Shown piece by piece: positions 1 through 7,614 of a stretch of 64,000 nt of DNA (its first letter is position 1; each line of letters starts with the position of its first letter). The translations under genes and the position numbers were made by a program. The stretch lies in contig CAYWXR010000016.1 of the NCBI GenBank assembly GCA_964462545.1, forward strand, positions 3,872 to 67,871. Direction: 5' to 3'. The notes under the pieces were generated by a model. It was not told the origin of the DNA and searched no databases. It worked only from the letters and a program-made list of their open reading frames with translations. This DNA comes from an uncultured Thermomicrobiales bacterium (lineage in GTDB: Bacteria > Chloroflexota > Chloroflexia > Thermomicrobiales > CFX8).

Positions 1-8
1 GATCGTGG

Positions 9-407
9 TTACTTGCCAGGAGAAAAAGGTGCTTCGCCCTCCTTCAGGGGGCGGAAGCGGAGCGCAGACCAGGTCTCATCGATAGCTACCTGGCCGATCG
101 GCCGCAGGTTGATTTCGCCAGCAATGGGCCAGAGGGTATCGCGATTGATATCCGCCTTGTTTGCCTTGGGGTAGGCGATCCAGGTGACGTTATCGTTCTG
201 AAGAGCGGTGCCGTACTCGGCAAGCAACTGGCGTAGATGATCTCCGCTATTGGCAAACAGGATTCGGACACCTGCTGAAGCCGGGTCGGTCACCTCGGCA
301 GCGTCGGCAGGCACCGGGGTAACGAGACTGGAGAGTTCCTGCGAAGAGGTCCACCAGGTCATACCGGGTTTGATCAACAATTTCCGGGGGACTGATTTGC
401 TACTCAT
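9..407 (-). CDS. DUF3052-like small conserved protein
   Basis: From ORF 9..452(-). I prefer the ATG at 407 (MSSKSVPRKLLIKPGMTWW...), which overlaps the upstream stop by 8 nt (ATGAGTAG). The motifs KLxIKPG, WIAYPK, RDTLW and VAIDETWSALRFRP recall the DUF3052 family. Confidence 0.55.
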   Translation of the reverse strand: MSSKSVPRKLLIKPGMTWWTSSQELSSLVTPVPADAAEVTDPASAGVRILFANSGDHLRQLLAEYGTALQNDNVTWIAYPKANKADINRDTLWPIAGEINLRPIGQVAIDETWSALRFRPLKEGEAPFSPGK

Positions 408-753
408 CTTCCGGTTCCCATTTCTGCAAGGGCCGGACCTCAACCTGACCAAAACGGGCGAGTGGAGTTCGCCCGGCGATGCGGATCGCGTCGTTGAGAT
501 CCCGCGCCTCGATCATCACACAACGTCCATACGGCATGTCCGGCGGCATGCAACTGTCATCCTCAAGGCAGGGAATGCCATCTCGCACCCTGAACCGGAC
601 CGGACTGGTCACATCGCACAGAGCAATCAGTTGGTCCCTGCCATGCAACTCATGGATATAGGCGCAACATTCGTCGGCCAGATTCTGACGTTCCTGGTCC
701 TCAAGCCGGGCGAGACGGTCGGGGTCTTCATGCACCAGGCAAAGATATTGCAT
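400..753 (-). CDS. YCII-related protein, divergent cysteine-rich paralogue of the DGPF proteins
   Basis: The 117-aa ORF starts MQYLCLVHED and ends ARDLNDAIRIAGRTP...VEVRPL, as YCII/DGPF proteins do. The DGPFAETKE core is replaced by DGIPCLEDDSCMPPDMPYG. It has 7 Cys. Confidence 0.6.
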   Translation of the reverse strand: MQYLCLVHEDPDRLARLEDQERQNLADECCAYIHELHGRDQLIALCDVTSPVRFRVRDGIPCLEDDSCMPPDMPYGRCVMIEARDLNDAIRIAGRTPLARFGQVEVRPLQKWEPEDE

Positions 754-765
754 GTGGGTGTCCCA

Positions 766-1125
766 TCATGCGTCTTTGGGTAGTCCGGAGAGTTCGATGA
801 CCGGACGCACCTCAACGGTGCCGGTTCGCGCTCCGGGGATACGCTCGGCAATTGCCAGCGCTTCATCCAGGTCTTCGGCATCAATCAGGAAGTAGCCGCC
901 CAGTTGCTCGTGGGTTTCGGCGAACGGCCCGTCGGTCACAACCCGCTTGCCTTCGCGCACCCGGACGCTCGTTGCGGTGGCAGTGGGAAAGAGCGGGGAC
1001 GTACCGTGGAGTTTTCCTGCCTCGGCCAGTTCGGCGGCCAGTTGCCGCGATTCGGCGTAGCAACTGTCGCGATACTCGTCGTCCCACTCCAGTTCCTTGC
1101 CATAGATCAACAACATGTACTTCAT
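766..1125 (-). CDS. YCII-related DGPF-domain protein
   Basis: Sequence MKYMLLIYG...VVTDGPFAETHEQLGGYFLIDAEDLDEALAIAERIP...VEVRPV. AGGAGG lies 8 nt upstream of the ATG at 1125; the ORF-track start at 1134 is a GTG directly abutting that RBS. Confidence 0.8.
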   Translation of the reverse strand: MKYMLLIYGKELEWDDEYRDSCYAESRQLAAELAEAGKLHGTSPLFPTATATSVRVREGKRVVTDGPFAETHEQLGGYFLIDAEDLDEALAIAERIPGARTGTVEVRPVIELSGLPKDA

Positions 1126-1174
1126 CTCATCCACCTCCTGGCCAGCCGCTCAACCAGCAATCGGTCTTGCTGAC

Positions 1175-1621
1175 CTACGTACGCCCCTCACGGAGCGTTT
1201 CAACCGCCCTGGCAATCCGGCGTTGCCTGGTTTCTTCGGATTTCGCACTCTCGATGTTCAGCACATACCGGCGCTTGTTGCTGTAGGAAAGCGTGTCAAA
1301 GAAGGCCCGGGCAGCGGGCTCCGCATCGAGCGCACTGCTGAAATCGACAGGGACCTCTACTTCACGGGGAGCGGTATCCAGTTCCAGATCCACATCGATA
1401 TCGTCCCCGCCGGCAATTCCAGCCTTCTCGCGGACCTCCGCACTTGCCGAGATCATGTACTGACCATCTCTGCTGGCAACCGAGGAGCGCCAGGTGTAGC
1501 CATTGACGGTCAGGGCAACCGCTGGTCGCTTGCCGGCACCGAGTTCTGCAAGAACTGCCTCCGGCACCAGAATTCCGGTTGTGTTGGTTCCCGTCTGCAA
1601 CACTGTCGTGCGGAACTTCAT
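1175..1621 (-). CDS. DUF1905 / YdeI-OmpD-associated family protein
   Basis: The N-terminus MKFRTTVLQTGTNTTGILVPEAV...GKRPAV.VTVNGYTWRSSVA is DUF1905-like. The C-terminus FFDTLSYSNKRRYVLNIESAKSEETRQRRI is YdeI-like. GGGAG RBS 6 nt upstream. Confidence 0.7.
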   Translation of the reverse strand: MKFRTTVLQTGTNTTGILVPEAVLAELGAGKRPAVALTVNGYTWRSSVASRDGQYMISASAEVREKAGIAGGDDIDVDLELDTAPREVEVPVDFSSALDAEPAARAFFDTLSYSNKRRYVLNIESAKSEETRQRRIARAVETLREGRT

Positions 1622-1689
1622 GATGGACTCCCGGTCCGGTGTACCGGGCCGGTCGAGGATGGCCCCGACCGGCCCTCTGGTCGTGCAAT

Positions 1690-2100
1690 CTAGGCCTGGC
1701 TGACTTCCCGGAGCCGGGCTTCGGCTTCGCGAAGTTCCGGGGTAAACTCTTCGCCGAAATCTTCATCAGAGGCAATCTGGCGAATTTCAACCTGGCCGCT
1801 CTGGAACGGGATTTGCTTCGCCCATTCGACTGCTTCGTCGAGAGAGGCAACTTCCCAGATCCAGAACCCGGCGACAAGTTCCTTGGTCTCGGCAAAGGGG
1901 CCATCGGTCACCACCGGTTCACCGGCACTAAAGTCCACCCGGGCACCTTTGGCGCTGGAAAGGAGACCTTCGCCGGCCCGCATGACACCGGCCTCAACGA
2001 GCCTGGTGTTGTATGCCAGCATCTCGGTTAGTTCCGTTTCGGTCGGCATGACGCCGGCTTCCGACTCCGGGGTTGCCTTGACAATAACCATGAACTGCAT
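1690..2100 (-). CDS. YCII-related DGPF-domain protein
   Basis: Sequence MQFMVIVKATPESEAG...VVTDGPFAETKELVAGFWIWEVASLDEAVEWAK. GGAGAAGGAGA RBS upstream of the ATG at 2100; the longer ORF-track start was rejected. Confidence 0.8.
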   Translation of the reverse strand: MQFMVIVKATPESEAGVMPTETELTEMLAYNTRLVEAGVMRAGEGLLSSAKGARVDFSAGEPVVTDGPFAETKELVAGFWIWEVASLDEAVEWAKQIPFQSGQVEIRQIASDEDFGEEFTPELREAEARLREVSQA

Positions 2101-2195
2101 TTGCGTTCTCCTTCTCCGTTGAAGCGGGCTGCCGGACTTCGTTATCCGCGCCAACCTCACTCTGCACTACTGTCACTCAGCCGTGACACTAGTTA

Positions 2196-2222
2196 GTCGC
2201 ACGAGACTCTCCGAAATCGACA
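2196..2222 (-). promoter_or_regulatory. candidate ECF-type promoter TGTCGA-N17-CGAC upstream of the first DGPF gene
   Basis: The minus strand reads TGTCGA (2222..2217), a 17-nt spacer, then CGAC (2199..2196). This is about 95 nt upstream of the ATG at 2100 and just after the sigma stop at 2241. Confidence 0.35.
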
Positions 2223-2240
2223 CGGTTTGACGATCAATTT

Positions 2241-3518
2241 TCAAATTGCCTGTTTTTCAGCCTCAAGGCTGGCAAGACGGCGCTCCAGAAAGCGTCGCTC
2301 GGGCAGTTGCTGCGTGAGTTCAATCGCCTGCCGGTAGGAGGTACGGGCATCTTCCATTCGCCCCAGGCGTCGGCAGAGATCAGCCCTGGCAGCATGCGCC
2401 AGATGGTACGAGTCGAGTTCGCCACGTGCGAAAATGCCCTCGATCAACCCCAGGCCAACTTCCGGGCCGTCGCGCATGGCGATAGCCACAGCACGGTTCA
2501 GTTCAATAATCGGGGAGGGGCCGGCTCGAAGGAGGACATCATACAGACCGGCAATCTCGGCCCAGTTGGTGTCCGCAGCCGTGGGAGCAGCGGCATGAAC
2601 GGCTGCAATCGCTGCCTGTACGGTGTAGGTCCCGACACTACCGGTGGCAAACGCTGCTTCCACCAGACGGGTGCCTTCTTCAATCAAGGCGCGGTTCCAG
2701 CGGGTGCGATCCTGATCTTCGAGAAGGATCAAATCGCCTTCGGGGGTGGTGCGTGCATCACGCCGCGACTCCTGGATCAGCATCAACGCCAGCAAACCGG
2801 CCACCTCGGGTTCGTTTGGCATCAGTTCGCACAACAAACGGCCCAGGCGGATTGCCTCACCGGACAAGTCGGCACGTGTCAATGAATCGCCGGATGATGC
2901 CGAGTAGCCCTCGTTGAAAACGAGATAGATCACGTGCAGCACCGTATCCAGGCGATCCGGCAACTCTTCGGGCGTTGGCACCTGATACGGAATCTTCGCG
3001 TCACGGATTTTCGTCTTGGCACGGACGATCCGCTGGGCAAGTGTGGCCGGCGGCACCAGGAACGCCCGCGCGATCTCCTCGGTAGTCAACCCGCAGACTT
3101 CCCGGAGCGTGAGGGCGATACGTGCCGGTGCTGCAAGGGCAGGGTGACAACAGGTGAAGATGAGGCGCAGACGGTCATCTTCCAGCCCCTCATGGTCACT
3201 GAGTAGATCTTCAGGATTGGAGGATTCGAGGTCCTCGGCGAGGATGGCAAGGGATTTGTTGAAGCGTGCCCGGCGACGAATCGTGTCGATCGCCCTGAAC
3301 CGGCCGGTCGACACCAGCCAGGCACGCGGGTTAGCCGGGATGCCGTCCCGTGGCCACTGTTGCAGGGCGGCGGTAAATGCATCGTGCAATGCATCTTCCG
3401 CCAGATCAAAATCCCCGAGCAAACGAACGAGAGAGGCAAAAACCCGGCGTGATTCTTCCTGATAGACGCGATCCAGCGTCCGCTCGATATCACCGGGAGA
3501 GATGCTGCGCTCCACCAC
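2241..3518 (-). CDS. ECF sigma factor with long C-terminal TPR-like extension (ECF42-type)
   Basis: The 425-aa ORF has sigma-70 region 2 (DALHDAF..AL.QWPRDGIP.NPRAWL..TGR.RAID..RR) and region 4 (RLIFTCCHPAL...LTLREVCGLTTEEIARAF). About 200 further aa end in YHLAHAARADLCRRLGR...ERRFLERRL. No anti-sigma gene is adjacent. Confidence 0.85.
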   Translation of the reverse strand: MVERSISPGDIERTLDRVYQEESRRVFASLVRLLGDFDLAEDALHDAFTAALQQWPRDGIPANPRAWLVSTGRFRAIDTIRRRARFNKSLAILAEDLESSNPEDLLSDHEGLEDDRLRLIFTCCHPALAAPARIALTLREVCGLTTEEIARAFLVPPATLAQRIVRAKTKIRDAKIPYQVPTPEELPDRLDTVLHVIYLVFNEGYSASSGDSLTRADLSGEAIRLGRLLCELMPNEPEVAGLLALMLIQESRRDARTTPEGDLILLEDQDRTRWNRALIEEGTRLVEAAFATGSVGTYTVQAAIAAVHAAAPTAADTNWAEIAGLYDVLLRAGPSPIIELNRAVAIAMRDGPEVGLGLIEGIFARGELDSYHLAHAARADLCRRLGRMEDARTSYRQAIELTQQLPERRFLERRLASLEAEKQAI

Positions 3519-3625
3519 TGGCAGGCTCTCCTTGGTATTTCACTGCCATACCTGGACAGTGACATGCAGTCAACGACAGACAGAGGATACTACGCCAGCC
3601 AGAATAGAACGCATGTTCGCAAGTG

Positions 3626-3892
3626 TCAAGCGAACCGGGCAGCAGATCGAGCCCTTGCCCTGGCAGCTTCTATCTCACGATTTTTCGGCTCCGCACTGGT
3701 CTCCAGTTGGGCAAGCAAACGTGCCGAAACTGCAGCAATATCCTCGACTGCCGCGTGGAACGCCTCTTCGTTCACCTTCGACGGTTTGGTGAAGCCACTG
3801 ATCTTGCGGACATATTGCAGTGCTGCAGCACGGATCTCGTCATCAGTCGCCGGTGGGTCGTAGTTAAACAGGGTTCTGATATTGCGGCACAT
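3626..3892 (-). CDS. DUF2277-domain protein
   Basis: The N-terminus MCRNIRTLFNYDPPATDDEIRAAALQYVRKISGFTKPS matches the characteristic DUF2277 N-terminus as I remember it. Confidence 0.7.
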   Translation of the reverse strand: MCRNIRTLFNYDPPATDDEIRAAALQYVRKISGFTKPSKVNEEAFHAAVEDIAAVSARLLAQLETSAEPKNREIEAARARARSAARFA

Positions 3893-3895
3893 TCC

Positions 3896-4111
3896 TCAGT
3901 CCTTTCTCTCGCCGGCAAATGACAGCCCGCGAGTTTCCAGTTCGGCTTGCAGGATTCCCATTGCCTTTGGCCCCATACCGTGCAGTTGCAGCAATTCCTG
4001 CTTGGTGACGCCGGTTAGCTGCTCCATCCGGGAGTATCCGGCCCCAAGCAAGGCCCGGACCGCTGGTTGGGGGATCTTCGGGAAATCATGGTCAGGTTCT
4101 GTTCCCGTCAT
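3896..4111 (-). CDS. small helix-hairpin-helix DNA-binding-like protein
   Basis: Start chosen at MTGTEPDHDF. The LTGVTKQELLQLHGMGPKAMGILQAEL segment has the hhGIG-type HhH signature (HGMGPKA). Sits 3 nt from the next gene. Confidence 0.5.
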   Translation of the reverse strand: MTGTEPDHDFPKIPQPAVRALLGAGYSRMEQLTGVTKQELLQLHGMGPKAMGILQAELETRGLSFAGERKD

Positions 4112-4131
4112 TCCGCTGTCCTTCCGGGTTG

Positions 4132-4626
4132 TTACAGGTCTCGCAACCGCCAGGCAACTTCCGTTACCCAGTTGTTCGGGTCCGGTTCTTCCGCCGGGTT
4201 GGTCATGAAAAACTCGAACCTGCCTCCCCAACGGATTTGACCATCAACTTCGGTGGTATCCGGGGAGAGACCTTCGGAAGTCAACCACTCGCCGAATTCC
4301 TGCTCGATGTTCCAGAGTTGGTCCGGATGACCGTGGTGCCGGTACACCGCGTAGGTGCCAGCAGGAATCTCACCGGCGATCACCCGGCCATCGCTTTCCA
4401 GCGGGACACTCACCGGCACTCCAACCTCGAATGTATATTCGCCGTCCAGTCCTCCGAGGACATGGTAGCGGTAAAAGAGCGCCCCGGCCGGCGGAACACC
4501 CCTGGCCGCGAGCCAGCCGAATACTTCCGGGACCAGGGCATTTGCCTGCCCCCAATCAGCCAGTTTCACCTGCACCGGAATCGCAACATATGGCTGTGCT
4601 GCGCGTGTTTCGACGGTTCCCCGCAC
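4132..4626 (-). CDS. GyrI-like small-molecule-binding domain protein
   Basis: The 164-aa ORF has a GyrI/SOUL-like pattern (PYVAIPVQV...ALFYRYHV......FEVGVPV...GEIPAGTYAVYRHHG.PDQL......W). Assignment by resemblance only. Confidence 0.6.
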   Translation of the reverse strand: MRGTVETRAAQPYVAIPVQVKLADWGQANALVPEVFGWLAARGVPPAGALFYRYHVLGGLDGEYTFEVGVPVSVPLESDGRVIAGEIPAGTYAVYRHHGHPDQLWNIEQEFGEWLTSEGLSPDTTEVDGQIRWGGRFEFFMTNPAEEPDPNNWVTEVAWRLRDL

Positions 4627-4646
4627 GCGGCATCACGTCCTTTCTG

Positions 4647-5225
4647 CTAACCGAGCATCGCTTCGACCACGGAAGTTGCCTGCACCAGGCGGGCAGAACC
4701 TGGATCACCGCGACCAACCACCAGCAACCCCTGGATGAAAACCACCAGGAACGCAGCCAGCGATTGCGGATCAGCATCAGAGGCCAGTTCCTGCTGTTGC
4801 TGTGCCCTCGAGAACGCTTCGCTCAGGGCATCTTCCAACCGCTGCCAGGTCTGTCGAACCCGTTCGGCAGCAGCAGCATCGGTCGTGGCCAGTTCGGTGG
4901 CAGTATTGACTACCATGCACCCCGGAAGATCGGGATCGCTGGCCCGGGAGAGGAAACCCGCAATGACCTGTTTCACGGCCGGCAACACCGGCCCCGGAGC
5001 GGAAAGGGCCGCTCCAATGCGGTCAGCCCGGTCACGGATGTACAGGTCGAGGGCATCGAGAAAAAGTTCGTGCTTTGAGCCGAACGCGGCATACAGGCTT
5101 GCACGCCCGATGCCGAGATGGGTCACCAGATCATCCAGCGATGTTGCCTGGTAGCCTTGCTCCCAGAACAGTTCCATCGCCTGGCGGAGAACGACACCCT
5201 CGTCAAATTCCCGTGGTCTGGCCAT
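4647..5225 (-). CDS. TetR/AcrR family transcriptional regulator
   Basis: N-terminal HTH RPREFDEGVVLRQAMELFWEQGYQATSLDDLVTHLGIGRASLYAAFGSKHELF, followed by a helical ligand-binding domain. Confidence 0.85.
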   Translation of the reverse strand: MARPREFDEGVVLRQAMELFWEQGYQATSLDDLVTHLGIGRASLYAAFGSKHELFLDALDLYIRDRADRIGAALSAPGPVLPAVKQVIAGFLSRASDPDLPGCMVVNTATELATTDAAAAERVRQTWQRLEDALSEAFSRAQQQQELASDADPQSLAAFLVVFIQGLLVVGRGDPGSARLVQATSVVEAMLG

Positions 5226-5282
5226 GCTCGCTCCAATAAACCTGTTCCAGCCAGTCTATCACTTCTTGACTGATTGTTCCAG

Positions 5283-5324
5283 AATCCGAAGACAAGAAAG
5301 GAGACGACCCGGTGGGCCGCCTCC
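5283..5324 (-). terminator. intrinsic terminator after the DHDPS-family gene
   Basis: The minus-strand RNA is GGAGGCGGCCC-ACC-GGGUCGUCUCC followed by UUUCUUGUCUUCGGAUUCU. Confidence 0.7.
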
Positions 5325-5340
5325 CTGAACGCAAACCGGA

Positions 5341-6252
5341 TTAGTCGGCTGCGACGGTCTCGCCGGCAAACAGGCCGAGCGATTCCATATGCTCGCGAAC
5401 CGACTGAACTTCCTCGTCGGTGAAACCCGGAATCGGCCGGGTCATCGTTGCATTACAGAGTCCGCGAGCGGCGAGGGTCGCCTTGACACCAGCCGGGAAG
5501 ACACCACCGCGGTAGGTGGTCAGGATCGGCTGCAACTTCTGCTGGGCCGCGAACGCAGCGGCATGATCGCCTGCCTGGTGAGCATCGTAGATGGCACGCT
5601 CAACATCCGGAGCCACATTGACCCCGGCACCGATAATGCCGTGACCACCAACGGTCAACGATGAGTAGAAGATGCTGTCACCACCGGTGAAGGCGCTGAA
5701 ATCGTCCACTTCATTGGCAATCCGGGCAACCTCGGTGAAATAGGCGAGATTTCCATCGGAATCCTTCAACCCGACGATGTTCGGGTGACGCGCCAGCACC
5801 TCGACCGCCTCGACAGCGATAGCAACCTTGGTCATGCGGGGGATGTGATACAGGAAGATCGGCAGCGGGCTTGCATCCGCCAGGGCGACATAATAGTCAA
5901 TGACCGCCTGAACCGAGAGCGGGTAGTAGTACGGAGGAGGCGTCAACGCTGCCTCGGCACCAATATCTGCCCCCATTTCCAGGTCGGCCAGAACCTCCGA
6001 GAAGACCGTGCCGTTGGCACCGGACATGATCGTCACCCGACCTGCCGCGGCCTCGACGATTGTCTCCATGTACTTCCGGCGCTGGGCCTTGGTCAGCCCG
6101 GCACATTCGCCGGTAGAGCCGAGTGCCGAAATGCCGTGGATACCGTTGTCGATCAGGAAGTTGACGACTCGATGGGTGCCCTCCACGTCGATTTCGCCAT
6201 CCCCGGTCAACGGCGTCACAATCGCCGGATAGACCCCATGAAAACGCGCCAT
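5341..6252 (-). CDS. dihydrodipicolinate synthase / N-acetylneuraminate lyase family aldolase
   Basis: GVYPAIVTPL...GSTGE...LYHIP and the Schiff-base lysine context IVGLKDSDGN. Substrate not assignable. Confidence 0.85.
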   Translation of the reverse strand: MARFHGVYPAIVTPLTGDGEIDVEGTHRVVNFLIDNGIHGISALGSTGECAGLTKAQRRKYMETIVEAAAGRVTIMSGANGTVFSEVLADLEMGADIGAEAALTPPPYYYPLSVQAVIDYYVALADASPLPIFLYHIPRMTKVAIAVEAVEVLARHPNIVGLKDSDGNLAYFTEVARIANEVDDFSAFTGGDSIFYSSLTVGGHGIIGAGVNVAPDVERAIYDAHQAGDHAAAFAAQQKLQPILTTYRGGVFPAGVKATLAARGLCNATMTRPIPGFTDEEVQSVREHMESLGLFAGETVAAD

Positions 6253-6296
6253 TCTGGATTCCTTCCCGGTTACTTCAGTGTTCAGACGATTCCGCG

Positions 6297-7553
6297 CTAT
6301 GGTAGCAGGTTTTCTCCGTGACGCTGCTCCAGTTTCCAGCGTCCAAAATGCATCAGCAGCACATCCCAGGGCGGGTCATTTTCCGGGTGCCACTCAAATC
6401 TGGCCCGTTCGAAGTACTGGACAGTGACACCGTCCTCATCCAGTTCCTCGGAAATCGGAAATCCGAGAATCGGCAGTGCTCCGTGGTTGTTCCAGTGGTT
6501 GCGGAATCCGTGGCACAGGTTGTGTCCAGTTTCCTGGTAGTAGGCGCAGCCCTCCTGCTCCGATTCCGGCGCCCGCTGGAACGGTGCCGTGTTCAGCAGG
6601 TTCGCTTCCGTGGCGTACTCGACGCCAAGCAACCCGAGCAGGATGTCGTAACGCTCCGGCCATGATCCGGGCCGGTACTCAAACCGGGCCCGCTCGAAGT
6701 ACTGGACAACCGCGCCCTCTTCTTCCAGTTCTGCAGTGATCGGGTAGCCAAACGTGGGCAGTCCCCCAAACCGGTTCCAGTAACGCAGGAAATTATCACG
6801 GACCTCAAACCCGGTTTCCGGGAAGAAGCGTGACTGGGGACCGACGACTCCCCGTGCCAGTTCATCGACGGTCGCGAAGCCATAGCCAGCCTCGCGCAGC
6901 AGGCGAATCATCTCAGGGAGCGCAGGGCCATCCTGGGAGCTTTCCCCGACGTGCAGGAGAATGTTGCCGCCCGGTGTCGCACCGGCAAGAACCCGCTGAT
7001 TGATCTGGCTGGCGGTCAGTCCGTTCCATCCGAGGCTGTCAACCGTCCACATCACATTGACGGTGTAGCCGATGGCCGCAATATCCCGCAATACGCTGTC
7101 GTCGTAATCACCGTATGGTGGACGGAAATAGGGGCGAAGTTCCACGCCGGCAATCTCGCGGACAACATTTTCCGTGCGAATGAGTTCGTCATGCCGCTCG
7201 GCGGCTGTGAGCAGCGGATTGGCAGCGGACTGTCCGGTAAACGAACGATGCGACCAGGTGTGGTTCATCATCATGTGGCCCTCGTTCACGATCCGCAGGA
7301 TCAAATCCGGGTTTTGTTCTGCCCAACTACCGGTCATCCCGAAGGTTGCCCGGATACCTTCCTGCTTCAGGACATCAAGGATCATCGGGGCATACCCACG
7401 ATCCGACCCCGCATCGAAGGTGAGCGCAATGACACGCTCACTGGTATCAAAGTTGCGGATCGTTATTGCCTGTTCCTGTGCCGTGGCAGGCGATGCCAGC
7501 GCCAGGACCATAACCGCAAGTAGGAGGAAGACTCCGGCCAAACGGGAGAACAA
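6297..7553 (-). CDS. secreted polysaccharide deacetylase (NodB homology) with two C-terminal LGFP-like repeats
   Basis: Signal peptide MFSRLAGVFLLLAVMVLALASPATAQ. NodB motifs TFDAG, HTWSH and RPPYG. The C-terminus carries two modules of about 65 aa. Confidence 0.8.
   Translation of the reverse strand: MFSRLAGVFLLLAVMVLALASPATAQEQAITIRNFDTSERVIALTFDAGSDRGYAPMILDVLKQEGIRATFGMTGSWAEQNPDLILRIVNEGHMMMNHTWSHRSFTGQSAANPLLTAAERHDELIRTENVVREIAGVELRPYFRPPYGDYDDSVLRDIAAIGYTVNVMWTVDSLGWNGLTASQINQRVLAGATPGGNILLHVGESSQDGPALPEMIRLLREAGYGFATVDELARGVVGPQSRFFPETGFEVRDNFLRYWNRFGGLPTFGYPITAELEEEGAVVQYFERARFEYRPGSWPERYDILLGLLGVEYATEANLLNTAPFQRAPESEQEGCAYYQETGHNLCHGFRNHWNNHGALPILGFPISEELDEDGVTVQYFERARFEWHPENDPPWDVLLMHFGRWKLEQRHGENLLP
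6342..6827 (-). repeat. two internal LGFP-like protein repeats in the deacetylase C-terminus
   Basis: Repeat 1 is ETGFEVRDNFLRYWNRFGGLPTFGYPITAELEEEGAVVQYFERARFEYRP. Repeat 2 is ETGHNLCHGFRNHWNNHGALPILGFPISEELDEDGVTVQYFERARFEWHP. Confidence 0.7.
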
Positions 7554-7614
7554 CGGACGTTCCTTTCGCTATCGTCAGATCGGTGCGTCCCAATTATGGA
7601 TCGGACGAACCGGT

